Notes: generated by a model from the sequence alone, not told the origin. A stretch of 64,000 nt of DNA from Octopus vulgaris (GCA_951406725.2 OX597816.1:132556001-132620000), one strand, 5' to 3'. Positions 24,742 through 38,990 are shown, counted from the stretch's first letter. Numbers and translations: made by a program.

Positions 24742-26551
24742 TATATGTATAAAACACGTGTAATATTAAACTAATAACCTGTTATATGAAGTCTTTTCCA
24801 TACACACTATCTTAATTCAAGATGTTTGCTTGAAGCAATTATGTTTCAAAGTTAATTGCAGTGTCGCAATTATCATAAGTAAACTATCTGATTTTCTGGG
24901 GTTTTTTTTATTTATTTATTTTTTTTTTTTTTAAGTATTAATTACCAAACCACAAGGAAATGAAATATGGGACGGTGAACAACTGATATGATACTGTTGT
25001 TTTTGATGTGTTAAACCAGCTGAAATAGTTCTACACAAGCACACTTACACACAAACATGACTTAATGAGGTGATGGGTATTTTACAATTTCTCATTTTTG
25101 TGTTAAGATTTTATCTTTTCACTCACATGAGGGGTTTGGAATGATAAGAACTATTAAAACATGGTTTATTCAGAAGGGGAGTGCTATACCCATGACTTTT
25201 ATAAAGCCTCTGTGACTGGTCAGAGAATGTGCTTCATAGTCATTCATTATTAGCAATGGAAGCAGTATTAATCCAAAATTTGCAATCTGTATACATACTT
25301 AAAATTTGTATATATTGAAGGCCTTTTAAAGTGTGGTAGTCATCTTGAAAAAACCTCTCTTATAAATGTATAATGTTAAAAACACAGAAAAGTAGCAGCA
25401 GAAAACCGATTCCAACAATTCTACCACTGATGCTGGGCAACCTTTGCCTGCTGCTGTTATTTTTCTGTGTATTTAACACTATGTCTGTAAGAGATGCTTT
25501 CTCAAGACAAAGACCACACTTTAAAAGACTTTCAGCATATACACACTCAGTGTGTGTACAGATTGCTAACTGATAGTCAGTTTGAAGTTGATGGCTAGGG
25601 GAAATGATGGAATTCCAAATGGTTTATATCCTAGGGAGGAAGGATTGCCTTATATTGGTTGGAATAGGACATTAATAGGGAAGACAGTATAGGTACTGGG
25701 TGATGGGTATATCATGGCTATACAACTAACTGTCTCTAAAGAGTAGATGCTTTTATAGTGATAATAGTAATAGCAGAAAAAGACAGTGAAGAGACAGCAT
25801 AGTATGTGGGCTAGAGACAGAAGTGTGTTGGTATTAAAAATGTAGGTTAAAAATGATATACATCTAAAAGATGTTTTACTTATTCCAAGAATTTATTTAG
25901 CTAATTATCTTTTATTATCACTGTTATATTTTTGTTGTTATTTGTTCATTTCTTCATTTACTTTATATTTCTATCATTTTCATAATCGTGAAAAAATAAC
26001 TTTGCTAATACTACTTATTTTCAAAGCATTTCTTGCAAATAGCTTAAGACTATTGCTTCAACTGGTGACAGGGTTGCTTCCAAATGTCATAACACTTACT
26101 AATAATTTATAATTTTTGTTTTCTTAATTGACATTGGTGGTGAAGGTTTAGTTGATCTATACTTTGTATTTCAGAATATCATCAATCAGTTTATATTGTT
26201 CATATGAATCTGTTTTTGGCATTGATGTTATTGACTAGATATTAAGATTACATGTGTGCACGCAGGCACGTGCTTGCACACATATACACAAACATGCATT
26301 CATATACACACACATACACAAACATGCACACGCGCGCACACACACACACACACACATGCACAGATGAGAATACCGACAAAAAAAAATTAGAAAGACATTG
26401 ATAATAGATGTCAAAGTTATGATCTTCTTCATGGTTAAGAAAGAACTGAATGTTGAACACTGCGCATACTATGTAAATGTATTTGTTCATATACTCTTAT
26501 ATGGCCACTGTTGTTTCAGCTAAGCAAATGTTCACTAAGCATCATCATACA

Positions 26552-26595
<44 letters not shown>

Positions 26596-28653
26596 ATTGT
26601 TTTTCTCACACATGCAAATAGATTCGTTTTGGATATTGGTTGGAGGTATTTCTATTTTCTTATTTGTTGTTTGTATTAAAAAGCTATATTAATTTGAAGA
26701 AATGAATGTGAAAGTTTACTCTTGTATCTTCAGTGCCACAATAAATATAGTAAAATGATTAGTAAGTATGATTATAAAAGTATTAGTTTAACCTGTGTAA
26801 GCATGTATCATGTATTTCAATTTTGCACACCTTTTTAAACTTTGCAAAGCTCAATAAATATATGGAAGTGTAAACAAAGAGTGATGATTTTCTACTCTCT
26901 GATGAGCAAGAATCAACAGTACCTTAAGATCCTCACTTGATGTAAAGATGTAACTGTATGAAATATTTATAATACAAAGGTCATTTCCTATTAAGTTGAT
27001 TACTTGAACTGCTCTTTATTCTATTTCCATTTCATTTGACTGATATAGGTTTGTGAACATTGCATTTAACTTTCATCTTCACTACACAATCTTCATGCCT
27101 ACCCAGAGAAGGCAACAAGAGACCACAACAGTGTATCACTCTTGACATTTTTAAGAAAGCCACAAAGCATCAGTTCAATAATATACAAAAATGTTTACAT
27201 CAGCCTTGAAAATAATGTTTGGAAAATTTTATTCCAAAAAGAATTAACTCAATGATTATTGACAAATATTTTTCATTAAAACTACTCAGTTGATAAAATC
27301 TAGCCTTTTATCACTATTGTTATTACCTCATAGGATTCTCACCAATTATCTTTCATTACCATTAAAACTGAGAATTATAATGTAATGGAACATACAGTCA
27401 TTTGATTACTACTTTTAAGCTAAACAAATTCAACATTTCTGTTTAGTTTTTAAGTTTTAGTTTTTAAGCAAATAGCATCCAGTGATCTTGACAGGAGTCT
27501 ACTTCACTATGTATTCAGCTAAGTGCATCATCATCCATGAATAATTTTTTAGTATCAGTAGAGGAATTGAACTTTAGATTGTTACTTTTCCTATTAAATT
27601 GCAAGAAATATTAATTCTTCTATATATGTATTTTGTACTTAAACAGTTCTGTGAAATAAATTAATCTCATTTGATCTTGATTTAAACAATGATTTGATAA
27701 ACTGAATATTGTTTGTAGAGTGATTTTACATCTTTGCCCCGCAACTATTGCGTGAAACTGTAGGAGAAGGGATAGAATTAATGAAATACTTGAACCAGTT
27801 CTATATAAACTTGTAATTGCTTAATCAGTCTGAAACAAACTTGTATTTTAGCAAGTTCACAACTATTTCATATCTTGAAAGCATGATCTAATCATATCAG
27901 TTAAGTAAAATTGAATTAAATACGAAGGTATCATTGTTATTATATATCTGATTCTTATATTTTTCCACTAGTTTCAGTCATTAGACTGCAGCTACGCTGG
28001 GTTACCAACTTCAAGGGCTTAGTCAGTCATATTGACCCCTGTATTTATTTCGGTCTAAGGCTTATTTTATTGACTTCTTTTCAATAAACTACTAAGTTAT
28101 GGGATATAAAGGGTCACAATATGTAAGAATTAGCATGCGTATTTGAAGAGCTTGTGCACAGTTTCTGTTTACTAAATTTCTTTTGTAAGATTTTAGACAA
28201 CCCAAGGCTATAATAGAAGACACCCAAGGTGCTCCACAATAAAATCAAACTTACATGGTTGTGGAGTCAACTTATTGATCACATAGCCAAGTTTGTATCC
28301 ATGCATCATTTATGATACACATTCTCAATTTTTTTTTTCAACTACCAGAGTAACTTGAGACTTATGAAAGGAAACCTTTATATTACTCAGAATGTATGAA
28401 ACAAAGGCTAACTAAAAGTCTGAAAGCAAGCATAGGCATTTAGGACAAACTTGTGAAAATGTTTTGGACAGGCAAAGGGTAAAGTAACTTTCTGGTGGAG
28501 ATCTTCCTATTTTAATGGAGGAACATTCATCAGACTAATATGGTCACCAAGAGAGCCAAACAGATATTAACGAAACTAAATCTCATTATGTTGAACTTAC
28601 TATAATGTTTATTCAAAATATATTGTCAGCAGTTCTTTTCTTTTCTTTATCAG

Positions 28654-28887
28654 CTGACATTGCCGAACATCTGTGTGAACGAGTCCTAAGTGTTCTTTTC
28701 GAGATCTGGATTTTAGCATGTGCTCGATGTTTTCCATCCCCTTCCTTATGGAAGACTTTCCGTAATATGTGTGTTGATTGGCGCCATCATGATGCCCTTG
28801 TCCAACAGTGGCATCGCATCAACCATGCACTGTTATCGCGTTTGCTCAAGATCATGTATGGACCCAGTTATCCTGAATTACAAATAT
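28654..28887 (+). CDS. RALGAPB: RALGAPB exon (DIAEHLCERVLSVLFEIW...YGPSYPELQI), 234 nt, phase 1-1
   Basis: tttatcAG acceptor, GTAAGT donor; LACARCFPSPSLWKT and WRHH motifs of RalGAP-beta. Confidence 0.95.
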
Positions 28888-28952
28888 GTAAGTTGAATAT
28901 TCTTCTCAATATCTTTTACCTTTAAAAAAAAATTGTAAGTAAATATTACACC

Positions 28953-28983
<31 letters not shown>

Positions 28984-30375
28984 GAGTGAGAGAGTTGTGC
29001 ATGCCATTAAAGTGACACTGGGGTACAAATATATGAAGCCCAACATACCCATCATGACTACCCATCTCATAAGAATACACCAGGCACATTCCAGTGGTGA
29101 ATTATTCAAATCCCAAAGGGTTCCTCTCAGCACATGGCTATAATGCTCCCCAACTACTTCTGCTTGTGATCAAAGATGCACTTGTCAGCCACTAAGGGAC
29201 ATGCTCAACTGATTAAGGTCAAACAACTGACAAGCAAATCTGTGGTATTGAGCTGATTGTTGGCTGTAGTCCATCTTTTATACCAACACAAAACATGTAC
29301 ATGATAACACTTTTAATCATTTAAGATCAAAAGCCATGAGAGCCTGTGCCTGGTACGGCATTAGGGCATTTATCAATAATATTGATACGCTAACTTTTTG
29401 TTTTTGTATGTACCTGTTGTGTACGTCACATTTACTTCAAAGAAGTGGCAAAGCAAGAGAAAGTAAGTAAGAGAGTGAGAGAGAGAGAAAGAGAGAGAGT
29501 GAAAGAGACAGTGAGTGATGACAGCATTTGTTTTGTGTTTTTAAATGTTTATCACATCGCAAGAGAAGTAGATACATAGATATATATAAAGACATTGTTA
29601 AATCAGAAGCAGGAGAGAAGAAGGACACAAAGGAACTGAAAGAGAAAGAGTGAGACACAGTAGATACATAAATCCAAAGAAAAGTTCATACATACACACA
29701 GCAAATATTGGATGTCAATTTCACTTTCTATTACCATACAAGGATAAAATTAACTTACAAATGGCTGAGTACTCCACAGATATGCATAACATTAATGTAG
29801 TTCTCAGGGTAATTCAGCTTCACACAGAATATGACAAGGTTGGCCCCTTTTAATTACAGCTACAACTTGAGACATATATATATGAATGTATTTGTGTGTG
29901 TGTATAATTTACGTTAGTTAAAATATGTTTGCAATAATAAGTGTTGCATGGTGGAAATAAATGCAATTACCAAACTGTCATTCGTAAATCCACATATTAT
30001 TTCGTTCTTTTGCATTTCAATTTGTACATTAAGGTTCTTTGAATATGTACGATGTATTTTAAGGTTAAATAGTAATTCCATTTACATTTCTATAATTGAG
30101 ATATTTTGGTTGGATTATATAGTCATTGGTGTTACATTACTTACTATATTCTGTAGCTGTCACAATATACTTTTCTAGGCCTGACATTTTTGCGGGGACG
30201 GGGCCAATTGATTAGATCGACCCCAGTACACAACTGATACTTAATTTATCGACCCCAAAAGGATGAAAGGCAAAGTCGATCTTGGTAGAATTTGAACTCA
30301 GAGGTCAATTAAAATATCCTATGATCCTTCCCAGACAAAAAAGACATCATCAATGAACTGTTCATTGATGACATC

Positions 30376-30681
30376 TTGCATTTCTGTGACTGTTATGCTA
30401 AAAACTACGACTTTAAGTTCAACGTAAAATTTATGTATAGTCATTCAAAAACTAGTGTTGAATTTTTGGACACAAGAGTTAAGTTTTCTGGAGGCAGAAT
30501 AGTGACAGAATTATTTTGCAAGCGCACGTCATCTCACATTTATCTCCACTGCTACTCCGATCATTTACATCATATAATTTGGTCAAATCCGAAATCCCAA
30601 TTTCAGAAGATAAAACAGATTTGTACTGACTTAAGGGATTACTGGAAACATGTAACTGCAATTACAGTGAATCATGATTAA
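30376..30681 (+). mobile_element. Penelope-like element RT/thumb fragment
   Basis: VKF..S..SVEFLD..IVTELFCKRT..YLH..SDH..H..PKSQFQKIKQICT matches the C-terminal RT region of Penelope-like elements. Confidence 0.75.
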
Positions 30682-31743
30682 AGGAGACAGCAATTGACAT
30701 AGCTAAGATTGGTAATGAGAAGGTATGAGAAGGTGGGGAAGTGTCAGTGTGTAATAAAGAGAAAAGCTTAAATGAGCTCACTTGAGTTAGCCAGTTTATA
30801 TTCATGCTTAAGGAAGTTTTGAGTCATCTAGGGGTGGGTGGAGGATATGTGTTTCTCTTTTTTTTTATATGTTCTAAATTAAACTTTCCTTTTTTGTTAA
30901 AATCTGTTCCACCCTCACCTCTTTGCAGTTCTGTCACACTTTCCACATTGATCTTGCTTCACCAGTATCCTTTGCCTCCACATTCTCACCTCTTAGCATG
31001 CACAGTTTCATACCATCTACTTAACAATCACACACACATACACACACCAATACTCCACACCCCACTGACCTACACCACTATCTTCAACATTTGCATACCT
31101 CTACACACAAACACACATATACCACTCTAAAGCACATGCACACACACACACACACACGAACACCACTCCTTTTTTATGCCTTCTTTCTGACACACTACAC
31201 TCCTATACTTGTTCTTTCACACCTGTCCCTTCCTCCTTTCTAAAACCCAACTGTCACATAGAACAATATTCCCACCTGGTTTCTAACCCATTACTCATTT
31301 TTACCCTTTTCACTGACTATTCCTCTTTCTCACTCCCTATATGCTTCTCTCTTGCTTCTGGTGAAGTGCAAACTTCCAAAAATATTTAAGATGCTTTCTC
31401 TTTCCATCAAAGCTTTAAGCTAATATCTTATTCAGTACACTTTACTCCTATTTTCCCTTTTTTAATCTTTCTTCATATTTACACACACAAGCACACACAC
31501 ACACACACACACTCACACACAAAGTTAAAAAAACGTGTAGTAAACACACAAATGATCAGAAAACACACAGAGAAGGTCCTCAACTCCTCATCAGTTATTG
31601 GCCAAAGAGTCAAATGCAATATACATGTATACACATATACACACACATACATGCACATATGAATATATATATATATATAATATACATGCATACACACACA
31701 CACACATATAATATATTTTTCCATCTGTTTTATTTTTTGACAG

Positions 31744-32004
31744 CTGAAGAAGATTGCCAACTCATACCTCCAGAAATGACGAATGACTGTATAGCCCAAA
31801 GTTGGTTCCGTTTCTTACATATACTGCAGAACCCTGTCGACCTATGCCATCCAGAGATTATCAGCCAAACACCAAAATTCATTGAGATGGTTTTGGCTTG
31901 TGCCAATGTCATTGACCCTTCTGAACATGAATGTTTGAAATCTTTACCAGTTATATTTTTTCACTCCATGCATGGTATATCAGTTATGGTCAATGCCTTC
32001 CTTG
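31744..32004 (+). CDS. RALGAPB: RALGAPB exon (EEDCQLIPPEM...ISVMVNAFL), 261 nt, phase 1-1
   Basis: ttgacAG acceptor, GTGAGT donor; LIPPEMTNDCIAQSWFRFLH and NPVDL motifs. Confidence 0.95.
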
Positions 32005-32196
32005 GTGAGTAACAGACAGCATTTTTTTCAAACCTCATAACATTGTGTGTATATGTACAGACACACACACATACATATATGTATGTTTATGTGTATGTAT
32101 ATACTTATAAATAATATGAGTGGCTAATTCACAATTTTACAACCTAAAGGCTGAAATATATATATGTGTGTGTGTCTGTATATATCTATACATATA

Positions 32197-32592
32197 CAGG
32201 GTTATTCAAAATGAATGAACCGATTTCATTACGCAATATTTTAATTAGGAAAAGCAATAAAAAACTCTAGCTAAATCATAAGTATTTACTCACAATCAAC
32301 TTTTATTTCCTGTCTTACAAGTGTTCAATGTGGCCATCACCTGCAGCACAGGCAACATCAATGCAATAAGAGAATTCCTCCCAGACGTGTATCAGCATAT
32401 CACGATCCACTAAGTACTTCTTTGGCTGTCTGGTTGAATGCTTTATCAAAGTTTTTCCATTTCCCTTCTATGTCAATACCTTCTGGAATCGCCTCAAGCA
32501 AAGCAAATTTATTCTTTAGTTCCATAATAAACTTGCTTTTGATATACTGATATACATCTGGGAGGAATTCTCTTATCACATTGATGCTGCCA
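32197..32592 (-). mobile_element. Tc1/mariner-superfamily remnant with inverted duplication of the transposase 3' end
   Basis: TA-cagggttattcaaaatga terminus; minus strand WEEFSYCIDVACAAGDGHIEHL*; 32352-32402 is mirrored at 32541-32591. Confidence 0.7.
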
Positions 32593-32599
32593 AATGTAT

Positions 32600-33150
32600 T
32601 GTGTCAAAATACTATTGACCTAAATTAACAGAAGTGGTCAATGTCATCTCTGAGCAACTTTGTCTGAAGACATCTCAAAAAAGCCTTCAACCCTGACTGT
32701 TTAGTTCCTATAATGAAGCATGGAGGTGGCTTTGTGATGATTTGGCCAGCTGTATCACATAATTTTCTTGCCTCTTTAATTGTTCTACATGACAAATTTC
32801 ACACCAAGGATTGTCTGAGTACTTTGGGTGATCATGTTCATCCTGTGATACAAACATTGTTTCTCTGATGGTAGTACAATCATCCAGATCAATAAATGCT
32901 TCAATTTACATGGCTAATGTTATTCAAAATTGATACAAAGAATACAGAAGTGAAGTAGATCACTTGGATTAGTTCCCCAACAACCACTGGCTCTCAATAT
33001 AATCAAACATGATACATTTTGGAGCAGGAAATGAGGAGCCACTTCCTTTTGTCATCATCATTGAAATAGCTAAAGCAGGTTTCACTTGATGAATGGCTCA
33101 AAATCTCCCTAACAGCTTATCAGAAAAGCAATGATTCCATAATATGATGG
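32600..33150 (+). mobile_element. Decayed Tc1-like transposase fragment
   Basis: MKHGGGFVMIW (the KHGGG-xVMxW motif) with downstream degenerate DDE-region motifs and many stops. Confidence 0.65.
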
Positions 33151-33435
33151 ACACCTGTACTATTATTAGAATGGGTTAACTGTTTGTCCACAAAGAAGGG
33201 ATTAACTCTGTAGTCATAAAAGGTTTTTCAGTAGCTCCATGATTGGAGTACTCCATGTAAGGATTAATTTAAACACTTTCTCCCAAAATGAATTAAGTTA
33301 CATCTGTATCAAACATTTTCTAAGATTTTCTACTAAGCAGCTAAACAACTGGACAGAAAGTGCATATATATGTACAAGGTTTTATCTATAGATATAGAAG
33401 TCAGCATTTTTAACCACATTGTCTATTTATTTCAG

Positions 33436-33573
33436 GTATTCCCCAGTGTACTAAGGATTTAGCTACAACTACATCTAATACTCGAACTTCCAGCACAGCA
33501 TGTACTCCACCTGGTCAACGGAAACCACCCATGAGACCTTTCTCTGCTGTCACAGCACCACTCACACAAAAAA
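33436..33573 (+). CDS. RALGAPB: RALGAPB exon (GIPQCTKDL...CTPPGQRK...PLTQK), 138 nt, phase 1-1
   Basis: tttcAG acceptor, GTAACT donor; open frame continuing AFLG-I; S/T/P-rich linker with TPP as expected at this position. Confidence 0.85.
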
Positions 33574-33786
33574 GTAACTAGTGATTCCTATTAGTCTTAA
33601 TACGTTTTTTCTAATACAAAAGAGTACTCTTTCAGAATCAAAATATAAATCATTGTTGCTCTATTTAATGTTTGTATATGATGTTATAGTTGGTATCCTT
33701 ATTTTTTTTTTATATAGTTATTTCAAGTAACTATATAGTAGAAAAAAAATGTTTCAGTTTATTGAGGCCATTGTTTTCTGCCCACC

Positions 33787-34004
33787 TTAACCCTCTTGTT
33801 ACAACATATTATTGAAATACACTGCCTTTGTTTTAATTAATTTTGAAAATAATGAAGAATTTAGTAAAGTCATTTTGTCATTGTCAAGTTGATGTTTAGA
33901 ACATAAAATTTTGATGAAAAGCTTTAAAGTAAGTCACTTCCAAACAGGAAGCTTATATCATAGAAACATAGATGGTCTCAGGAGTGTTGGTGCCAAAAGA
34001 TTAA
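33787..34004. mobile_element. TTAA-flanked MITE, reverse-orientation relative of 6947
   Basis: TTAA-ccctcttgttac...ggtgccaaaaga-TTAA; internal sequence is the reverse complement of 6947-7171. Confidence 0.75.
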
Positions 34005-34915
34005 AAATTTTCTTTCAATAATCAACAGGAAGAGCAGTTTTAACATCAAAAAGAAGCTGGGAAATTTGGAAAATAAGTCATGATCTTAATTATTTGACAA
34101 AAATTAATGTAAAGATTCTGTGCATGGGAAATGTATATACAGAGATATGTGTGTGTGTTTCTATTTCAGTATGTATCAACATTGTTATGTATGTATATGC
34201 AGAAATGTGTACATGTCTATACAAAGTTGTCTATATGCTATAGCTGTTGTCATTATCATCATCATCATCATTTAACATCCACTTTCCAGGCTGGCATGGG
34301 TTGGATAGTTTGACAGGGAACTGTCCCGACACCAGTTGTCTATTGCAGCATGGTTTGTATGGCTGGGCACCATTCCTGACTTTAACCATTTAACTGAGTG
34401 TGCTGGATGCTTTGTATGTGCCACTGGCATGGGTGCTTTTTATGTGGCACTGGCACTTGGAAGGACAAGCCTGTATGTGTGGAGGACAGGGATTTTATTT
34501 AGCTTAACACATCAATATGTATACACACGTCTTTTTGTCTGTACACAGAGAATGTGTCAATTAAGCATATGAAGAGCCACATCTCTGTGTGCACACTGTA
34601 TGTGAGTTTGTCAATCAAGAATTGAAGGACAGTTTACCACTGTACACCATCCACTAACATCAGTGTGCAGATTGAATAAAACATGGCGATACTGACAAGT
34701 AAAGAGAATTATATTTGTTTGTAAACAACAGCACTTCATCTTAGGGAATTATAGTCTGTCAATAAACTGTTATATGTATGTGTGTGTGTGTGTGTGTGTG
34801 TGTATTTCTTTTGAACTTATATCTTAATTACATGTGGAATAATTTTAAAAATTTTGTACTTTTTTATTTTCCTGCACTTTAATTTTTTTCTAATTTCTTT
34901 ATATTATTATTTCAG

Positions 34916-35128
34916 CTTCCTCCAAGTCTTCATCAACATCATCTAATTTATGCAAAATGGCTTCATCGCTAACACCTTCAATAGGCACAGGTCAACTCCT
35001 GTTGGACTGCAGTCTCACAATGGCACCTAACCGTCCTCAATGTAATAGTATTTTGAATCTTTTTGGTGCCTGGCTTTTTGAAGCAGCTTTGGCTGGAGTT
35101 ATGTTGCATTCATGTCACAGTGAAACAG
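34916..35128 (+). CDS. RALGAPB: RALGAPB exon (TSSKSS...APNRPQCNSILNLFGAWLFEAA...SET), 213 nt, phase 1-1
   Basis: Long pyrimidine tract plus tttcAG, GTATGT donor; NSILNLFGxWLF motif. Confidence 0.93.
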
Positions 35129-35540
35129 GTATGTATATGAGTGAAATGGTACTTTACATGTTATGATTAATGTACAATCAAAGAACTGTTAATGTGGAAG
35201 CCATACAGATTTAAAGTAAATGAGAAATATCATCATCATTTTACCATTAATATTAACATCGTCAACTTTTCCATGATTGCATGGGCTAGGTAGAATTCAT
35301 TGAGAGTTTTTCTACACCAATATGCATTTCTGTTGCCAACCTTCACTTGTTTCCAAGATAATATTCCTCCATAACCAGACATGTTTTTGCAGAAAATTAG
35401 AAACACCACCTCTTGTAGGTCATTTTTAGTTTACAATTATTTATTTTTTTTTTTTTAATATTCTGTATCATATGACTAGTTCCTATACTACTAGCAAGCA
35501 GTGATGAAAATAATACATCGCTGACGAAACCTAATAAGCT

Positions 35541-36063
35541 GTTCAGCGACGTGCAACCAAAAGAATACCCTCCATCAGGCATTTGCCATATCCTGAACGC
35601 CTTACTTCCCTGGGCATGGACACATTGAAACTCCGACGTCTGGCAGCTGACTTGGCAGACACCCATAAAATTATCAACCATCGTACAAACAATAACTCTG
35701 ACCACCTTTTCAAACTCCACCCATCTAACACCCGTGAACATATTTACAAAGTAAGAAAACAGCACAGCTCCCATGACTTCAGAAAACATTTTTTCACGCT
35801 GAGAGTTGCTGAAGCATGGAACAAACTGCCGGCATCAGTTGTTAGTTGTCGGAGCACTGCATCCTTCAAAACTTCCATGCTTCCTGAGATTCACCAACAC
35901 TACACTTGATTTTCTCCCCTCCATACACACACAAGCATGTATCTGACTCATACATTTTTCGCTTTCCAGACATTTCTACATTACTGCATGTACTTTATAT
36001 GCACTTTCTGACAAGTTGTGGTGCACCTGAGCACTGTATACAATAATTTCATTATTATTATTA
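35541..36063 (+). mobile_element. 5'-truncated CR1/L2-group LINE 3' end
   Basis: VQRRATK..YPERL..L..RRL.ADL..KII..NTR.H..RKHFFTLRV..AWNKLP..VV..FK, followed by a 3' UTR and (ATT)n tail. Confidence 0.9.
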
Positions 36064-36353
36064 ATCAGAGACATCAGAGTCGTCTCCCTTACTTCCTGAT
36101 TCTAAGAATGTTACCTTATTTAATATTTTCTTTTAATCACTATTTAACCTTACTGGGGTTATTTCTGAAGTTCACAACATTGGACGTAATCAAATCCATT
36201 ATATTCTTCTTTTTTTTTTAAACAATCCTGTTAGTTTGTCTTTATTGATTAAATACAATGGTGTTGCTTTTAGTTTATTTCAAGGCATTAATTTTAATAT
36301 TCACATCCATGTTATTAACACTTTTATTTTTGTTTACTTTATTTCATTTTCAG

Positions 36354-36589
36354 CCCAGAAACAAGATAGACGGACCAATTCTTTGAGTGAAAGTCGACAT
36401 AGCTCTTTAGCTGTGGACTACTGTTCAGATAAGAACCGCATTGCTGACAACACTTACGAATGTGGACGGGCTGAAGCTTGTGGAACACTCTGCCGGATAT
36501 TCTGTGCTCATCGTACTGGTGAAGAAATTCTACCAGTGTATTATGCTCGGTTCTACATTACTATGTATTATGGACTACAGACAGATGAT
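36354..36589 (+). CDS. RALGAPB: RALGAPB exon (QKQDRR...[14 protein letters not shown]...YGLQTDD), 236 nt, phase 1-0
   Basis: tttcAG acceptor, GTAAGT donor; [14 protein letters not shown] and TGEEILP motifs. Confidence 0.95.
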
Positions 36590-37800
36590 GTAAGTTTTCT
36601 CTAGTATCTGTCTTTAATATCTCAAATACAGCCAAATTGAGCACCAAAAATTCTGAGTGTCTCGGATAGAGTTGGCATCTCCTAATAGCTGTTTCGCAGC
36701 TGCATATTCAGACACACCACAACACCTGAATATGTATTTGATATGTAAAAAACTTAGCCCAAACGTTGAGTTTCTAACAAAGACTTTCTGTTTCAACTGA
36801 ATGTTTCCAATTGTATTGCATGAACATTTTTCTTAAGCATATAACAAATAAAATATTTTCCTATACATGCAGAAGCTTGAAAGGGGCTTTTAAAAATCTA
36901 GTACTACATATTCCTTTACAACCAGGTAATCTGAAAGGTGTTATGTTCAACAAAACCTCTGCAGTGGATTTGAATTCAAGAACTTTGTGTTGTATATTAC
37001 TTCAGCCATTAGGCTTTAGTTGACTGGAGTCAGTGGTCAACTTTCAAATTGAATGTGTGACCTGGTTCTAATTGAGGTACATTTACACAAACTTCCACGA
37101 CCTTTTGATTATCTTAAAGAAATAGAAAAAAAATTAAATGGAAGACTTAAATGTCATAATCTTTCTATGGTTGCTTTGAGCACTAATCTTGTTGCAGATT
37201 ATGGAAGTTAACTTCAAGCATAAAGTAATTATAGCTTCTTCCTTATAAATTCTCCCTATTGTCCACTGTGCATATTGTACTAACATGTAGTAGAGTGCTC
37301 ACTATATATATGGTAACTGTAACTCCAGTGTCAGCAAATGACAAATAGGTACACTTTACATCTCTTTAATTTCACACATGCCAGGCCAAAATTCCTATAA
37401 GGAAAAGCTTTCTGACATATAAAACTTGTAGTTGATCAATTCCAAGTCAGCCTTGATTAAGCAGACCTATGATCAAAGACATTTCAGCAATGACATCTCA
37501 TCTTTTCTCTCAAGTACAGTGTATCTGGGACTACATTATCCAATACCTCTCTTCTTTCAAGTAGCTACTGTGTGATTTGAGGGAGACTAGGGTACTATTT
37601 CTAGCATATCAAGTGCCTACATTAGTTCAAAACCTCATTCTTAATTAGAATTGGAGGAAATGGCTTAGATTTTATCAGTAGCCAGTAATCTGAGAGTGGA
37701 GTAAAACAGGAGAATGACAAAAATAGAGGGAATTCATGGATAGCGGCAAATATTCCTTTTAAAATAAAACATAATTGTTGTTACTTTGGTTTTTTTGCAG

Positions 37801-37943
37801 AGCATGAGTAACGAAGTGCTATCAAGTATCTTGTTTAATTCTTGTGACCTCTTGCGAGTAGATTTGGCAGGAGCTCAGATTCTTGTTCCTGATATCCTAA
37901 ATGCTCTTGAATTAGTTCTCAGTGATTCTTCACAAAAATTCAA
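37801..37943 (+). CDS. RALGAPB: RALGAPB exon (SMSNEVLSSILFNS...ALELVLSDSSQKFK), 143 nt, phase 0-2
   Basis: ttttgcAG acceptor, GTAAGT donor; VLxSxxxNS..DLxG..VP..ALE pattern. Not in the ORF track; found by reading. Confidence 0.92.
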
Positions 37944-38715
37944 GTAAGTTCCAATCCTTATTTACTTTTTGTTTATAATGTTTAAAAGGATTGCTAACAT
38001 TTCAAATATGCAAATGTAATTCTTTTTTCAATTAATTTTGCTGCAATATTGTATTTTTACTAAATGTGCATTGGAAATTGTAGATAAATTTAATTATCAT
38101 CATCATTAAATTAGTATCCGTTTTTCATGCTAGCATGGGTTGGATGGCCAGGAATTACACCAGGTTTTGACTTGGTTTCTATGGCTGGATGTCTTTCTTA
38201 ATGTCAACCATTTTCAGAGTGCAATGGGCATATTTTACATGGCACCATTACTTGTGCTTTTTATGTGACTCCATCACCTGTGCTTTTTATGTGGCACCAA
38301 CACCTACACCAGTGCTTTTTAAATGACACAACCATTGTCAAGTTCATATGACTTTTTTGTTATTAGTTTTCTAATGACTGAAATTACATTAACTTTTTAA
38401 CATTAATTGTAACAAATAACATTAGATATAATGTGATTTAAAAAAAAATATGTTACCTATGGAGGGAACCCATAAAACAAAAAAGAAACAGTGCTTAGGT
38501 CTGGATTCAATAATGTTAAATAGGCAAAGTGAATCTCCAGAACAGAGTCAGAATATTTCCTTCAAATTTCATATATATTCTTAACAGTTACATGCCTTTC
38601 TTAAGGGACTCTTCAACAAATGAAAAGATTTCACCAAGTTAATAAGTCAACTTGCTAAATGCTTGCCTCTTTCCTTTTGCTCACCATGTATATATATATA
38701 TATATATCATTGACA

Positions 38716-38990
38716 TCATTATCATTTAACATCCGTTTTCCATGCTGGCATGATTTAGACGGTTTGACTGGAACTGGTAAGCTGGAGGGCTGCACCAGGT
38801 TCCAGGCTGATTTGGCATGGTTTCTACAGCTGGATGCCCTTCCTAATGCCAGCCACTCCGTGAGTGTAATGGATGCTTTTTATGTGCCACTAGCACAGGT
38901 GCCATTTATATGACACTGGTAATGACCATGACTACAATTTCATTTGGCTTAACGAGTCTTTTCAAGTACATCATATCACCAAAGGTCTCA
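38716..38990 (-). mobile_element. Representative of an abundant (ATG)n-tailed SINE/LINE-tail family
   Basis: (cat)n-ttaacatccgttttccatgctggcatg...tttctacagctggatgcccttcctaatgcc. Related copies at ~16987, 34255, 35231, 38097, 40466, 43513, 47055, 49571, 54885, and opposite-strand at ~57900 and 63940. Confidence 0.8.

Noticed and set aside
1-28653. Upstream conventional RALGAPB exons or a nested gene
   Set aside because: I found no RalGAP-beta N-terminal motifs or other recognisable protein; the short ORFs are repeat-derived or AT-rich noise. Small exons could have been missed.
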